NCBI GenBank assembly: GCA_963772835.1
Contig: CAVYYZ010000008.1
Location: 192,001 to 256,000 of the forward strand
Reading direction: 5' to 3'
Source: an uncultured delta proteobacterium
Lineage (GTDB): Bacteria; Desulfobacterota; Desulfuromonadia; Geobacterales; Pseudopelobacteraceae
DNA: 64,000 bases
Made by a program: the position numbers and the translations under genes. The notes beneath the pieces are model-generated. The model was not told the DNA's origin and made no database searches. It worked only from the letters and a program-made list of their open reading frames with translations. This document shows, piece by piece, positions 30,727-40,361 of this stretch (positions are counted from its first letter, which is position 1; every line of letters starts with the position of its first letter).

Positions 30727-31692
30727 ATGGCCACGCATCTACGCGTATTCTTTGCCTGCATCATGCTGGCGTCGATGCTGATATGCGGATGCAGCCACTT
30801 TAATGAGGGCTCCCGGGTCAATGCATCTTTTATGGAAGCGAATGATTTTTTCAGCCAGGGGAACTACGCGGCCTCTCTGGGTACATATCGGCAGATTATC
30901 GAAAAATATCCCACGGCGGGAGACAGGGTTCTTTTCGAGATGGGTCTTGTCTACGCGCATCCAGGGAATGGGCAGAAAAATTACCAGAAGTCCCTGGAAT
31001 GTTTTCAGGAACTCATAAAGGGTTACCCGGGGAGCGGGTACAGGAAGGACAGTGAGCTGATGGTGTTTACCATCAATAATGTCATTGTCAAAGATACAAC
31101 GATTGCTGCGCAGCAGGCACAGATCGAGGCGCTCCGGCAAGAGGTTCACAGCAGGGGGAGTGAGATTGTTACCCTGCAAAAAAAGGTTGAAGCGCTTGGG
31201 CAGGAGATTGCGGGCAAAGAGAATGAGATTATTGCACAGAAAAAAGAGGCCCTTGCACTCCAGAAGGGACCGGCAGACAGGATTCTGATAGAAAAGAAAG
31301 AACGACGATTGACGTTGATCTCAAAGGGCAGGGTGCTCAAGACCTACAAAATAGCCCTGGGGGGAAACCCGGACGGGCCAAAAGAAAGGCAGGGCGATAA
31401 CAAAACCCCGGAGGGGATCTACGTTATCGATTCAAGAAACAGTGACAGCCGATATCACCTGTCACTTCATATTTCCTATCCAAACGAGAAGGACAAAAAG
31501 CGGGCAAAACAACGTGGTGTTTCTCCGGGTGGAGACATCATGATCCACGGCATCAAGAATGGATTCTCGTGGGTTGGTGATCTCCACACTGAGGTTGACT
31601 GGACGAAAGGGTGTATTGCCGTTACGGACGAAGAAATTGAGGAAATTGACAGATTATCGCCGCACGGCACGATCGTTGAGATACGGCCATGA
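30727..31692 (+). CDS. YkuD-domain lipoprotein (YafK/DpaA-like) with TPR and coiled coil
   Basis: Lipobox ICGC; GPKERQGDNKTPEG.Y, SRYHLSLHISYPN..D, IMIHG, WTKGCIAV; start uncertain. Confidence 0.85.
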   Translation: MATHLRVFFACIMLASMLICGCSHFNEGSRVNASFMEANDFFSQGNYAASLGTYRQIIEKYPTAGDRVLFEMGLVYAHPGNGQKNYQKSLECFQELIKGYPGSGYRKDSELMVFTINNVIVKDTTIAAQQAQIEALRQEVHSRGSEIVTLQKKVEALGQEIAGKENEIIAQKKEALALQKGPADRILIEKKERRLTLISKGRVLKTYKIALGGNPDGPKERQGDNKTPEGIYVIDSRNSDSRYHLSLHISYPNEKDKKRAKQRGVSPGGDIMIHGIKNGFSWVGDLHTEVDWTKGCIAVTDEEIEEIDRLSPHGTIVEIRP

Positions 31693-31781
31693 AGACATGA
31701 ACGGACGTGGTTGATTTGCAGGGCTGTCATTACGGGGGCATCACTGCAACCAGTCAGGATGACACTACTGTCGCTCTCAGA

Positions 31782-31832
31782 AAATTCAGGGGCTGCATAC
31801 TTAATTCAAAAGGCGGCCGATTGGCCGCCTTT
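31782..31832 (+). repeat. Composite repeat: GGGG..CATACTTAATT + GGCGGCC hairpin
   Basis: aaaattcagggggctgcatacttaattcaaaaggcggccgattggccgccttt; hairpin nearly identical to the one after dapL. Confidence 0.88.
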
Positions 31833-31850
31833 GATGTATCGCACTAGGGC

Positions 31851-32456
31851 TTATCGGCTCTTCCCGATCAGATGCACAAAATCTTCATAGGCCGAGAAAC
31901 CGCTCAAACGCTTTCCGTCGCAGAGATGGGCCGGCACTGCGGTGATGCGCAGATCCATGGCCCGCTGCCAGTCGGCATCCACTGCCGCGGCATAACTTCT
32001 CTCCGCCAGCACCGTCCGTGCCTCATCCACGGGCAATCCAACGGCTGTGGCGATTCGCACCAGCTCATCAACCAGCGCGATGTTGACCCCCCCCACGAAA
32101 AAGGCCCGGTAGACAGCATGGCGGAACTCATTTCCGCGTCCATGCTGCTCTGCCCATTTCCCCAGTTCCTGGGCAAGCCGGCTGTTGTAGGTGCGGCTTC
32201 GTTCCGTCAGCGGTAGACCCTCTGCCGCTGCAACCTGCAGCAGTCGGGTTTGCATGTCGCGGATCATTGTCTCCCGTCCGGCAAAGAGTTCGGCAAGCTC
32301 CATTCCTTCCGTCGGGGTGTCGGGGTGGAGCGGAAAGACGCTCCAGAGCAGTTGGATCCCGTATTCCTGTTGCAGACGTTCGGTACGCACGGTACCGAGG
32401 TAGCACCAGGGTCAGATGTAATCGAAAAAAACCTCAACCACGGGTGTGCTGTTCAT
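31851..32456 (-). CDS. DsbA/FrnE-family oxidoreductase selenoprotein (U-P-W-C; in-frame TGA at 32412-32414)
   Basis: AGGAG RBS + MNSTPVVEVFFDYI-TGA-PWCYLG in frame with ORF 31851-32390; SECIS-like hairpin UCGGUAC/GUACCGA just downstream. Confidence 0.88.
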
Positions 32457-32480
32457 GGTGTTCTCCTTCCCAACAGCTTT

Positions 32481-33155
32481 TCAGAGCAGCTTCAGTACCG
32501 CCTCTGCCGCCGATTCCGAGGAAGCGGGGTTCTGGCCGGTGATCAGGTTGCCGTCGCTGATGACATGGGACTGCCAGTCTGCCCCTTTAGAATACTTCCC
32601 GCCAGCCTTGCGCAGTTCGTCCTCAACCAGGAACGGCACAATTTCAGTCAGACCGACCGCGGCCTCTTCGGTGTTTGAAAATCCGGTGACTCCTTTTCCC
32701 TGCACCAGCGGAGTACCATCTGCAGCCCGGGCATGGCGCAACACCCCGGGGGCATGACAAACTGCGGCGACCGGTTTCCCCTGGGCATATATTGTCTCGA
32801 TCAAGGCAATGGAATCCCTGTCCTCTGCCAAATCCCACAAAGGTCCATGGCCGCCGGGATAAAAGAGTGCGTCATATTCATTCGGTAACACGGTCTTCAA
32901 CGGTACGGTATGCGCCAGAGCCGCCTGCGCTTCTGTGTCGTTGTTGAATCGCCTGGTGGCTGTTGTCTGGAAGTCATTTTCAGCACTCTTCGGGTCCAAC
33001 GGCGGTTGTCCCCCTTTGGGCGAAGCCAGGGTGATCGTGGCTCCCGCATCCTTGAAGACATAGTAGGGGGCGGCAAACTCCTCCAACCAGAAACCGGTCT
33101 TCCTGCCGGTATTGCCGAGCTGGTCGTGTGATGTCAGAATCATCAGTATCTTCAT
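32481..33155 (-). CDS. DJ-1/PfpI-family type 1 glutamine amidotransferase-like protein
   Basis: TGFWLEEFAAPY, YPGGHGPLWDL, AVCHAP, ITGQNPAS. Confidence 0.93.
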   Translation of the reverse strand: MKILMILTSHDQLGNTGRKTGFWLEEFAAPYYVFKDAGATITLASPKGGQPPLDPKSAENDFQTTATRRFNNDTEAQAALAHTVPLKTVLPNEYDALFYPGGHGPLWDLAEDRDSIALIETIYAQGKPVAAVCHAPGVLRHARAADGTPLVQGKGVTGFSNTEEAAVGLTEIVPFLVEDELRKAGGKYSKGADWQSHVISDGNLITGQNPASSESAAEAVLKLL

Positions 33156-33431
33156 GATTGTATCTCCTCGTGTGTGATGTATCCCGACGGCCCCGGCTCA
33201 TGCCTGTCGGTTGATTACATTGTACCTCATTTTTAGTGATGCACCAATCGGGATTAAAAAGGTGAGAGTATATATAATTAAAAACGGGACAATTGGCCGT
33301 CTATGCTATTTACATGCTTGTAATTTCCCAGCCAGCTGAGCAACAATAGGCAGCATGCTCATCCTTTTCTCCCATAACGACACAACCGCCCGCTGCACCG
33401 CCCGGAAAACGCCGGAAACGGTGGGCAGGAC

Positions 33432-34391
33432 ATGACGGTGCTCCCGTGGCAACCCGGAACCACGCCGCTGATGCTGGCACCGATGCAGGGGCTGACCAAC
33501 CGGGCATTGCGTGACTATTTCATCGAACATGCCCGCCCCGACGTCATCTTTACCGAATTCATGCGTGTCAATACCGCGCCGGCGGGAGCGGGGCTTACCG
33601 CTGCCGACCTGCGGGATGTCGCCACTGAGCAGGGGGGCGTGCCGCTGGTGGTGCAACTGGTGGGGCATGAGCGGGAAGCGCTGGTTCTGGGGGCCCTGGT
33701 CGCGCAGGAGGCCGGTGCGGCACATATCAACCTCAACATGGGGTGTCCCTATGGCAGGATGGGGGGTGGCCTGACCGGCGGGGGGATGCTCCGCCGTCCG
33801 GACAAGCTTGCGGAGATCATCCCCGCCCTGCGGGAGGCCATCGCCGGCTCCTTCTCCGTCAAGATCCGGGCCGGATACAGCGATCCTGAGCAGATACTGT
33901 CGCTGCTGCCGCTCTTCGAGTCGAGCGGGGTGGATTTCCTGGTGTTGCATCCCCGTACCGTGGTTCAGAAGTACAGCGGAGCTGCCGACCACGGGGTGAC
34001 CTCGCGGGTGGTGCGGGGTACGCGGCTGCCGGTGATTGCCAACGGCGATATCCGGAACGCTGCCGATGGCAGACGGGTGCTGAGTGAGACTGGCGCTGCC
34101 GGGTTGATGCTGGGGCGGGGGGCGATTGCCGATCCGGCGCTGTTCCGGCGCCTGCGGGGAGTGGTGAACCGAGAGCCCGGCCGGGAAGAGCGGAGAACGG
34201 AACTTGACTGCTATCTGCGGGAGATGCTGACCCGCTATGGTCAGCTCTCCTGCGATGACACGCAGGTGCTGAACAAGGTCAAGGAGATCATTGCGTACCT
34301 GGGTGACCCGGAACTGTCAAAACCGCTTAAGGAGCTGCTGCGGGCCAGAACCGTGCCGGCGTTCGAAGCTGCTCTGCACGGGCTGTGCTGA
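33432..34391 (+). CDS. tRNA-dihydrouridine synthase family protein
   Basis: LAPMQG, INLNMGCP, SVKIRAG, LHPRT, IANGDI, MLGRG. Confidence 0.9.
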   Translation: MTVLPWQPGTTPLMLAPMQGLTNRALRDYFIEHARPDVIFTEFMRVNTAPAGAGLTAADLRDVATEQGGVPLVVQLVGHEREALVLGALVAQEAGAAHINLNMGCPYGRMGGGLTGGGMLRRPDKLAEIIPALREAIAGSFSVKIRAGYSDPEQILSLLPLFESSGVDFLVLHPRTVVQKYSGAADHGVTSRVVRGTRLPVIANGDIRNAADGRRVLSETGAAGLMLGRGAIADPALFRRLRGVVNREPGREERRTELDCYLREMLTRYGQLSCDDTQVLNKVKEIIAYLGDPELSKPLKELLRARTVPAFEAALHGLC

Positions 34392-34478
34392 GCAGCGGAT
34401 TCCAGAGGCAGTATAAATACAGGGGCACGTTCCGCATTTTTATTGCCACTTTACCCCGTGTGCGCTAGCATTCCCACC

Positions 34479-34997
34479 ATGCCCCACGACTCACGACACA
34501 TTTACCGCCCCATCGGCATTCTGCACTCCCCCTATTCCCGCCGCATTGATGCACCGCATCAGAGTACGGTGGTGGAAGGCACTGAAAGCGGCGATTTTGC
34601 ACTGGCCACGTTGGAGCTTGAGGATTGGCTGGACGAGAAGGTTATTCAAGATCTGAATGGCTTCGACAGGCTGTGGCTCATATTTGCCTTTCATCTGAGT
34701 GAAGGCTGGAAAAGCTGCGTCAAGCCGCCCCGTGGCGGCCCGAAAAGGGGGGTTTTGGCCACCCGGTCCCCTCATCGTCCCAATTCCATCGGCCTGTCGG
34801 CGGTGGAATTGATACATATCGAAGGCAGGACGCTGCATCTGCGGGGTGTGGACCTCCTGGATGGCACACCTGTTCTGGATATTAAGCCGTATGTGCCCTA
34901 CGCGGACGCCTTTCCGGATGCCAGGGCCGGTTGGATTGACGAACTGGATGCACAACTGGGGCGTCAATCTGCTCCGGGACCTCGTAAGCCACGGTAA
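34479..34997 (+). CDS. tsaA: tRNA (t6A37-N6)-methyltransferase TrmO/TsaA
   Basis: GVLATRSPHRPNSIGLS, GVDLLDGTPVLDIKPY. Confidence 0.9.
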   Translation: MPHDSRHIYRPIGILHSPYSRRIDAPHQSTVVEGTESGDFALATLELEDWLDEKVIQDLNGFDRLWLIFAFHLSEGWKSCVKPPRGGPKRGVLATRSPHRPNSIGLSAVELIHIEGRTLHLRGVDLLDGTPVLDIKPYVPYADAFPDARAGWIDELDAQLGRQSAPGPRKPR

Positions 34998-35010
34998 TTG
35001 CGGCGTGGGG

Positions 35011-35181
35011 CGCACCGTTGTTCCGGGAGACTTCGGGCACAGAAACTGGCGCGAGGTGGTTGAGGCCACATATCACTGCAGTATGAAGTGGGCCACGTTC
35101 CTTTTGAGCCTTCGTGAGTATGTAGAAACAGGGGAAGGAAAACCCTCACCTCATGATCTGAAAATTGATAACTGGAATTAG
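35011..35181 (+). pseudogene. 3' remnant of a second SRPBCC gene homologous to 22045-22503
   Basis: FGHRNWREVVEATYHCSMKWATFLLSLREYVETGEGKPSPHDLKIDNWN, 2 aa differences over 49; no start. Confidence 0.88.
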
Positions 35182-35216
35182 GATCCGCCGGCCTGTTATA
35201 AACCTGGCGCATATAA

Positions 35217-35252
35217 AAAGAGGCCAGGGGACGCATACCCCCTGGCCTCTTA
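35217..35252. terminator. Hairpin downstream of lysA
   Basis: agaggccagggg-acgcata-ccccctggcctct. Confidence 0.6.
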
Positions 35253-35274
35253 CCATTTATAACCGATTGATCAA

Positions 35275-36594
35275 TTACAGTTTCACATCCAGCTCATTCT
35301 GGACAATCTGCTCACGCTCCTGCTTCTTTCTGATCAGAACCAGTTCGGAGTTGCGTGTTCTCATGACGGCCGGCGGCTTGCGGTGCGAATTGTAGTTTTC
35401 CGGCGACATACTCTCGGAATATGCTCCCGTGCCGCCGATGACGACATAGTCACCGATTTCCGGTTCGGCAATCAGTACCGGCACGATGTTGCCGTCATTG
35501 TCCAGTCGCACTGAATCGCCGCTTTCGCAGCAGCGCCCGACGATACCGAACGATTTCAGCCCGGTCGTGGGAGTGTTGTCATACTCGCTGGAGAGCAGCG
35601 TACCGTCCTGGCGTACTATGGCAATGGGGTGTTCGGAGCCGTACAGCAGAGGGCGCGTCAGCAGTTCCATGCCGCCGTCGACGATCAGGAAGTTCAGCTC
35701 GTTGGTCAGCTTCTTGTCGATGATCCGGGTGATGATATGGCCCGAGTTGGCCACCACATAGGTCCCCGGCTCGATCTCCATCTGCAGTTCGCGTCCGGTG
35801 GACTCCTTGAACTCCTTTACCCGCTGCGCGGCATAGGCTCCCAGTGATGCGATGTCGGCCTGTTTTTCCCCCGGCATCCGGGCGACCTTGAGCCCGCCGC
35901 CGAAGCTGACTGTGGTGGCATCCGGGAAATAGGTCTTTACAAAGCCCAGTTCACGGTCGATGTTCTGACGCCATTTTTCCGGGTCGCCCCCGGAACCGAT
36001 ATGGACATGAACCTGGGTAAAGCGCAGCCCCAGTTTGTCAGCCAGGGCCTTTACCGTGGGGACATTGTTCAAGTGTACGCCGAAGCAGGAATATTCGCTG
36101 CCGGTATCGCGGGTGGCGCTTTCGCCGCCGCCGGTGGCTCCCGGATGGACTCTCATGGACAGGTCAAGGTTGATGCTTTTGGCAAAGTCGGCAATCAGAT
36201 GAAACTGTGTCATGGAGCAGACGTTGTACTTCAGTCCAGCACGGATCATCTCCTCCAGTTCGGCGCGCTCTTCACCGGTCGGAACCTCCTGGGTCGTCAG
36301 CATCATCCGGGCATAGGGAACCCCGGCGGCAAAAGCACGGGCCGCTTCATTGATTGACGAACAATCCAGATCCAGTCCTTTATTGGTGACGACCCGCAGT
36401 ACGGTACGATCCGAGTTGGCTTTCATGGCGAATCGCACATGCAGGCCGTAGGCATTCGGCATGTTCAGCAGCTGTTCACAGCTGTTTTCAATGTATTCCT
36501 GATCATGCAGATATACCGGTGTTCCCCACTGCTGAGCAATTTTCGGGATGAGTGTTGCGTCCAGTCCGGTCGGACCAAAGTGTTTCATTGTCAT
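35275..36594 (-). CDS. lysA: Diaminopimelate decarboxylase
   Basis: GTPVY, FAMKAN, HVHIGSG, GGG, IEPG, GRCCESGD, GAY..SM..NYNS. Confidence 0.85.
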   Translation of the reverse strand: MTMKHFGPTGLDATLIPKIAQQWGTPVYLHDQEYIENSCEQLLNMPNAYGLHVRFAMKANSDRTVLRVVTNKGLDLDCSSINEAARAFAAGVPYARMMLTTQEVPTGEERAELEEMIRAGLKYNVCSMTQFHLIADFAKSINLDLSMRVHPGATGGGESATRDTGSEYSCFGVHLNNVPTVKALADKLGLRFTQVHVHIGSGGDPEKWRQNIDRELGFVKTYFPDATTVSFGGGLKVARMPGEKQADIASLGAYAAQRVKEFKESTGRELQMEIEPGTYVVANSGHIITRIIDKKLTNELNFLIVDGGMELLTRPLLYGSEHPIAIVRQDGTLLSSEYDNTPTTGLKSFGIVGRCCESGDSVRLDNDGNIVPVLIAEPEIGDYVVIGGTGAYSESMSPENYNSHRKPPAVMRTRNSELVLIRKKQEREQIVQNELDVKL

Positions 36595-36784
36595 TCTTTC
36601 AACCTCACACATGTGATATAATCCCGCCTCCTCGGCTGCTCGCGAAAAGGGTTGAACAGCATAGCATTTCCGGTCGGTCCGGCGCAACATCTCTCTGGGC
36701 ATTTGTTGCACCGCATTCATGCGTTATGAAAAAACAGCCTGTCTCCGCTTTGTTTTTCTATTGAAAACAGTTTTCGCAGCAACT

Positions 36785-37087
36785 TCACGTGGTTTTCACT
36801 CCGGATATTGAGGCAAGCAGCTTCTTTCCCTCTTCTGTGAACGTCCACCACGGAAGAGCCTCTCCACGTTCAAAAAAATGCTGTACCGACATCAGGACAT
36901 AGAGAACACAAGGATCATGACGACGCCCCATAACGCGACCTAATTCGATATATGTCGCAAGCGGGTTCTTCCCCGCAAGCTGATGCGGGGAAAGAATGCC
37001 GATAGATCGAAGATCCGACGCAATTGATTTCCCGACATTCGGAAGTCCTTCAAGTTTTGCGGTGTGATTCTGTCCGGCATTGCGCAC
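36785..37087 (-). CDS. Helix-hairpin-helix protein (Cdd1/mitomycin-resistance-like)
   Basis: LPNVGKSIASDL, RHDPCVL, PWW.FT; start uncertain. Confidence 0.8.
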   Translation of the reverse strand: MRNAGQNHTAKLEGLPNVGKSIASDLRSIGILSPHQLAGKNPLATYIELGRVMGRRHDPCVLYVLMSVQHFFERGEALPWWTFTEEGKKLLASISGVKTT

Positions 37088-37204
37088 ATTCCCACCCCGA
37101 TCCGGCAGAGGCATTAATGCCGACCGGTGCTTTTTGAGACGTTCCAATCGCAACATGTTTCCTTTTTGACAGCAATCACCGTTCCTGCTGCACGGACGTT
37201 TCCG

Positions 37205-37612
37205 TTACGGAGCTACAGCGAACCAGACGTTATTAACCCCTTGTCCCGCTGTATCTCCGGCATGTGTATCCTTGAAGAAGTAATAAAGCGGCAGTCCTTT
37301 ATATGTCGTCTGCCTGTTGCCATCCTCCCTGGTAATTGTCCCGAAGTCTGCAGCATGTACCCCCTCGGGAACGGTCACGTTTTCGACAGTGAAGATCGGC
37401 CATTTTTCAACACAGGGACCGGCGCACACACTGACACCGGAAGTATCCTTTTTGAAGAGGTACAGTGTCATCCCCTTTTCATCGGTCAGGTAATTTCCGA
37501 TTCCATCCTTGGTCCTTATTTCGACGGCCGCAGCCGTTGCCAGAGTTGAAAACAGAAGAACAGAAGCCACACCAGCACACGTCCACCGGAATATTTTTTT
37601 TATCGTTCTCAT
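37205..37612 (-). CDS. Secreted protein with Y-x4-D repeats (COG4315-like)
   Basis: GMTLYLF.KD, C.G.C...WP, QTTYKG.PLY.F.KD...GD..GQG...VW. Confidence 0.85.
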   Translation of the reverse strand: MRTIKKIFRWTCAGVASVLLFSTLATAAAVEIRTKDGIGNYLTDEKGMTLYLFKKDTSGVSVCAGPCVEKWPIFTVENVTVPEGVHAADFGTITREDGNRQTTYKGLPLYYFFKDTHAGDTAGQGVNNVWFAVAP

Positions 37613-37797
37613 GATCATACCCTCCTGCATTCGTTCGTTGATGGTCTGATTGTATTCTCTTCGAAGAACAGGAGTCAATTACAAAATGGACCAAAACAGT
37701 CCTGTTTGGGCGGTGAAAGTTACTCGAATAATTACGTGTACTTGAGTTCAGCACCATGTGCCAGGGCGACACATTTTCCGTAAGGCTTGCAATTGAT

Positions 37798-37848
37798 ATG
37801 ATACGGAAACACGCATTTTATTTAAAAGGCGGCCGATAGGCCGCCTTT
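37798..37848 (+). repeat. Composite repeat with GGCGGCC hairpin
   Basis: acggaaacacgcattttatttaaaaggcggccgataggccgccttt. Confidence 0.8.
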
Positions 37849-37924
37849 ACAGTTTTTATCTGGTGATATTTTGCCGGTTTTACCAACTGCAAATCAGCGG
37901 TCATTCAGTCGCACCATGGTACTC

Positions 37925-37982
37925 TCCCATAACGGCGGGCGCCCCGAACAACCGCTTGTAGTCGCGGTTGACGGGGGAGGGC
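37925..37982 (-). pseudogene. Short C-terminal remnant of an AraC-family regulator
   Basis: PSPVNRDYKRLFGAP resembles SPSQFSREY.RLFGAPP. Confidence 0.5.
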
Positions 37983-38092
37983 ACCCGGTGTGTCGACTGT
38001 TGACAGAATCGGTTATTCAGCAGCATCTGAAGATTTACCTGCTTTTAGGGACTGATTCCACTGTTGTTTCTTCGCATGTTATGGATGCATCA

Positions 38093-38464
38093 TTACCAGG
38101 TCTGGGTGGCGGACTCGATAGTGACGGCGATTGTGGCGCGCAGCCAATCGAATTTTGCCTTAAGAACATCGAAATCCGGGCCGGAGGTTATAAACGCGGC
38201 CTTTCCTTTAATCAGAAAACCGGCGCCCGGTCCATACAGTCCTTTGACCTTGCTGCTCCCCAGAGTTATCAGTACGGCCGGGTTGAAGGCAATGTTCGCC
38301 TCGGTATGATTCATGTAACCTGCGGGAATCAGCAGACGACCATCTTCAGTGGTTCGCAGATAACTGTTCCAGGTATTGACCATATGCGGTCCATCCTCCC
38401 CCACTGTTGCAATTGCGACCACTCCATCCTGTTTCATTATTTCCTGTAATTTTTCCGGAATCAT
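38093..38464 (-). CDS. FMN-binding pyridoxamine-oxidase-like protein
   Basis: GVVAIAT, PHMVNTWNSY, TLGS..V.G..GPGAGF. Confidence 0.88.
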   Translation of the reverse strand: MIPEKLQEIMKQDGVVAIATVGEDGPHMVNTWNSYLRTTEDGRLLIPAGYMNHTEANIAFNPAVLITLGSSKVKGLYGPGAGFLIKGKAAFITSGPDFDVLKAKFDWLRATIAVTIESATQTW

Positions 38465-38640
38465 TGTGCGTACCTCCTGTGATTTATGGTGTTACTTTGC
38501 TTGATATGTGTACAACTGTCACTATTGATTATCCATATGTCATACGTACAGCTGGGGGCAGATTCCCTTTGACGTCACTTCGACGGTTGATATAAACTTC
38601 TTTCCACCTGAAATAATATGCCACGATGGCGGAGAGCACC

Positions 38641-40068
38641 ATGTTTATCCTGAATAATAACGATCCTGTCCCGTTATATAAACAGCTTTATATTCAGATC
38701 AGGGCGTACATCCTGTCTGGAAAGCTGCCCGCTGATTCCCGGCTGCCTTCTGTCAGGGATCTGGCAGCAGAACTTTCTGCCAGTCGCAACACAGTTGATG
38801 GAGCTTACCAGGAGCTGTACGCAGAAGGATACCTCTACAGTAAGCCGCGCAGCGGGTATTTCGTGTCTGCGCTTGACCAGGATGTCCCTCCACGATATCT
38901 ACCCGGTAAACCCGGCAGACTCGATTATCTCCCCGGTCCTCCTGCTGTCTTTCCCTATGATTTCCATCCTGCCCGCCTCGATCCAGGGAGTTTTCCTGTG
39001 GAGCTCTGGCGGAAATGTTTCGTTGAAAGCCTGCGCAGAAACGGTCAGCAGCTTGTCCAGTATGGTGATTCCCAAGGGGACTGGGGATTGCGCTGCTCTA
39101 TTCAGCATTATCTGGAACGATCACGCGGCGTACTCTGCGATCCTGAGCAGATTATCATCAGCTCCGGGCTTCAGCAGGGTCTGGACATTACCGCACAATT
39201 GCTGAAGGAGAGCCATTCAGTGGTAGCGGTTGAGAATCCCGGATACCACTTGCCACGTTCTGTTTTCCATAACCATTCATACACCATCTTTCCTGTTCCC
39301 GTCGGTCCGGGAGGGATGGACCTGAATCTGCTCAGGGCCAGTAACAGTACGATTGCCTATGTCACTCCTTCACACCAGCTGCCATTGGGGGCCGTGATGC
39401 CGGTCGCTAACCGGCTTGCATTGATTGACTGGGCTGAATCGGGCGACAGATATATTATAGAAGACGATTATGACAGCGAACTTCGCTACCATGGGAAACC
39501 TATCCCTTCGTTACAAGGGCTGCGTCCGACCGGAAATATTATCTATTCAGGTACGTTTTCTAAAATTCTCTCTCCGGCACTCCGTTTGAGCTATCTGGTG
39601 CTCCCCTACTCATTGCTTGCAGTGTACCGCCGCCTGTTCCGGGAATATTTTTCCTCCGTGTCGCTGCTTGAACAGAGAACCATGGTACATTTCATGGAAC
39701 AGGGACACTGGGAGCGTCATATACGGCGGATGCGCATGGTCTACAAAAAGAAGCACGATACCCTGCTCCGGTCGCTTGAAAATCACTTTGGCACACGGGC
39801 TGTTGTTATCGGTCAGGGAGCCGGTCTCCATGTTGTTCTGCAGCTGACTGACACGCCGTACAGCGAATCGGAGATCATTGATCTGGCCCGGCAAAAAGGA
39901 GTTCAGCTGTTTCCGTTTTCTGATTTTCATGTCTCCGGCCAACCGGAAGCCACGACATTGCTGCTCGGCTTCGGCGGGATGAATGACAACGAGATTGAGC
40001 ACGGTATCGCAATACTCTCTCAACTCTGCTTGAGTAAGCCGCTTTCAGCTCGGGTACGTCGAACATAA
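38641..40068 (+). CDS. MocR/GabR-family GntR regulator with PLP aminotransferase domain
   Basis: LPSVRDLA..L..SRNTV..AY..L..EGY; YVTPSHQ; IIEDDYDSE; GTFSK. Confidence 0.93.
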   Translation: MFILNNNDPVPLYKQLYIQIRAYILSGKLPADSRLPSVRDLAAELSASRNTVDGAYQELYAEGYLYSKPRSGYFVSALDQDVPPRYLPGKPGRLDYLPGPPAVFPYDFHPARLDPGSFPVELWRKCFVESLRRNGQQLVQYGDSQGDWGLRCSIQHYLERSRGVLCDPEQIIISSGLQQGLDITAQLLKESHSVVAVENPGYHLPRSVFHNHSYTIFPVPVGPGGMDLNLLRASNSTIAYVTPSHQLPLGAVMPVANRLALIDWAESGDRYIIEDDYDSELRYHGKPIPSLQGLRPTGNIIYSGTFSKILSPALRLSYLVLPYSLLAVYRRLFREYFSSVSLLEQRTMVHFMEQGHWERHIRRMRMVYKKKHDTLLRSLENHFGTRAVVIGQGAGLHVVLQLTDTPYSESEIIDLARQKGVQLFPFSDFHVSGQPEATTLLLGFGGMNDNEIEHGIAILSQLCLSKPLSARVRRT

Positions 40069-40361
40069 TCAATAATTGACCCTGTCGGTAGGTGCAATAC
40101 CGAATATTTTTATAGGTGCAGATTTGAAAAATTACCGGCCAGGGCTTAATAGGGGACAGGCTGCTTTTCGGGATTACCAGGGAACATGACTGCCTCCCTC
40201 TGGTGTATCCCGCGATTACCCGTATGACAGCGGTGTTATAAACTGTACGAATGTGCAGTAAAGGTCTAGAGTGAAGATGTAGCCCGCCGCTAAATTAATC
40301 GGCATTACGTTAAGGACGCCTCTATCCGGCTCTACCTCTCCTTATCCCAAGGAGATTACAC

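Noticed and set aside
36595..36780. Lysine riboswitch upstream of lysA (also checked upstream of dapA)
   Set aside because: L-box conserved elements not recognisable.
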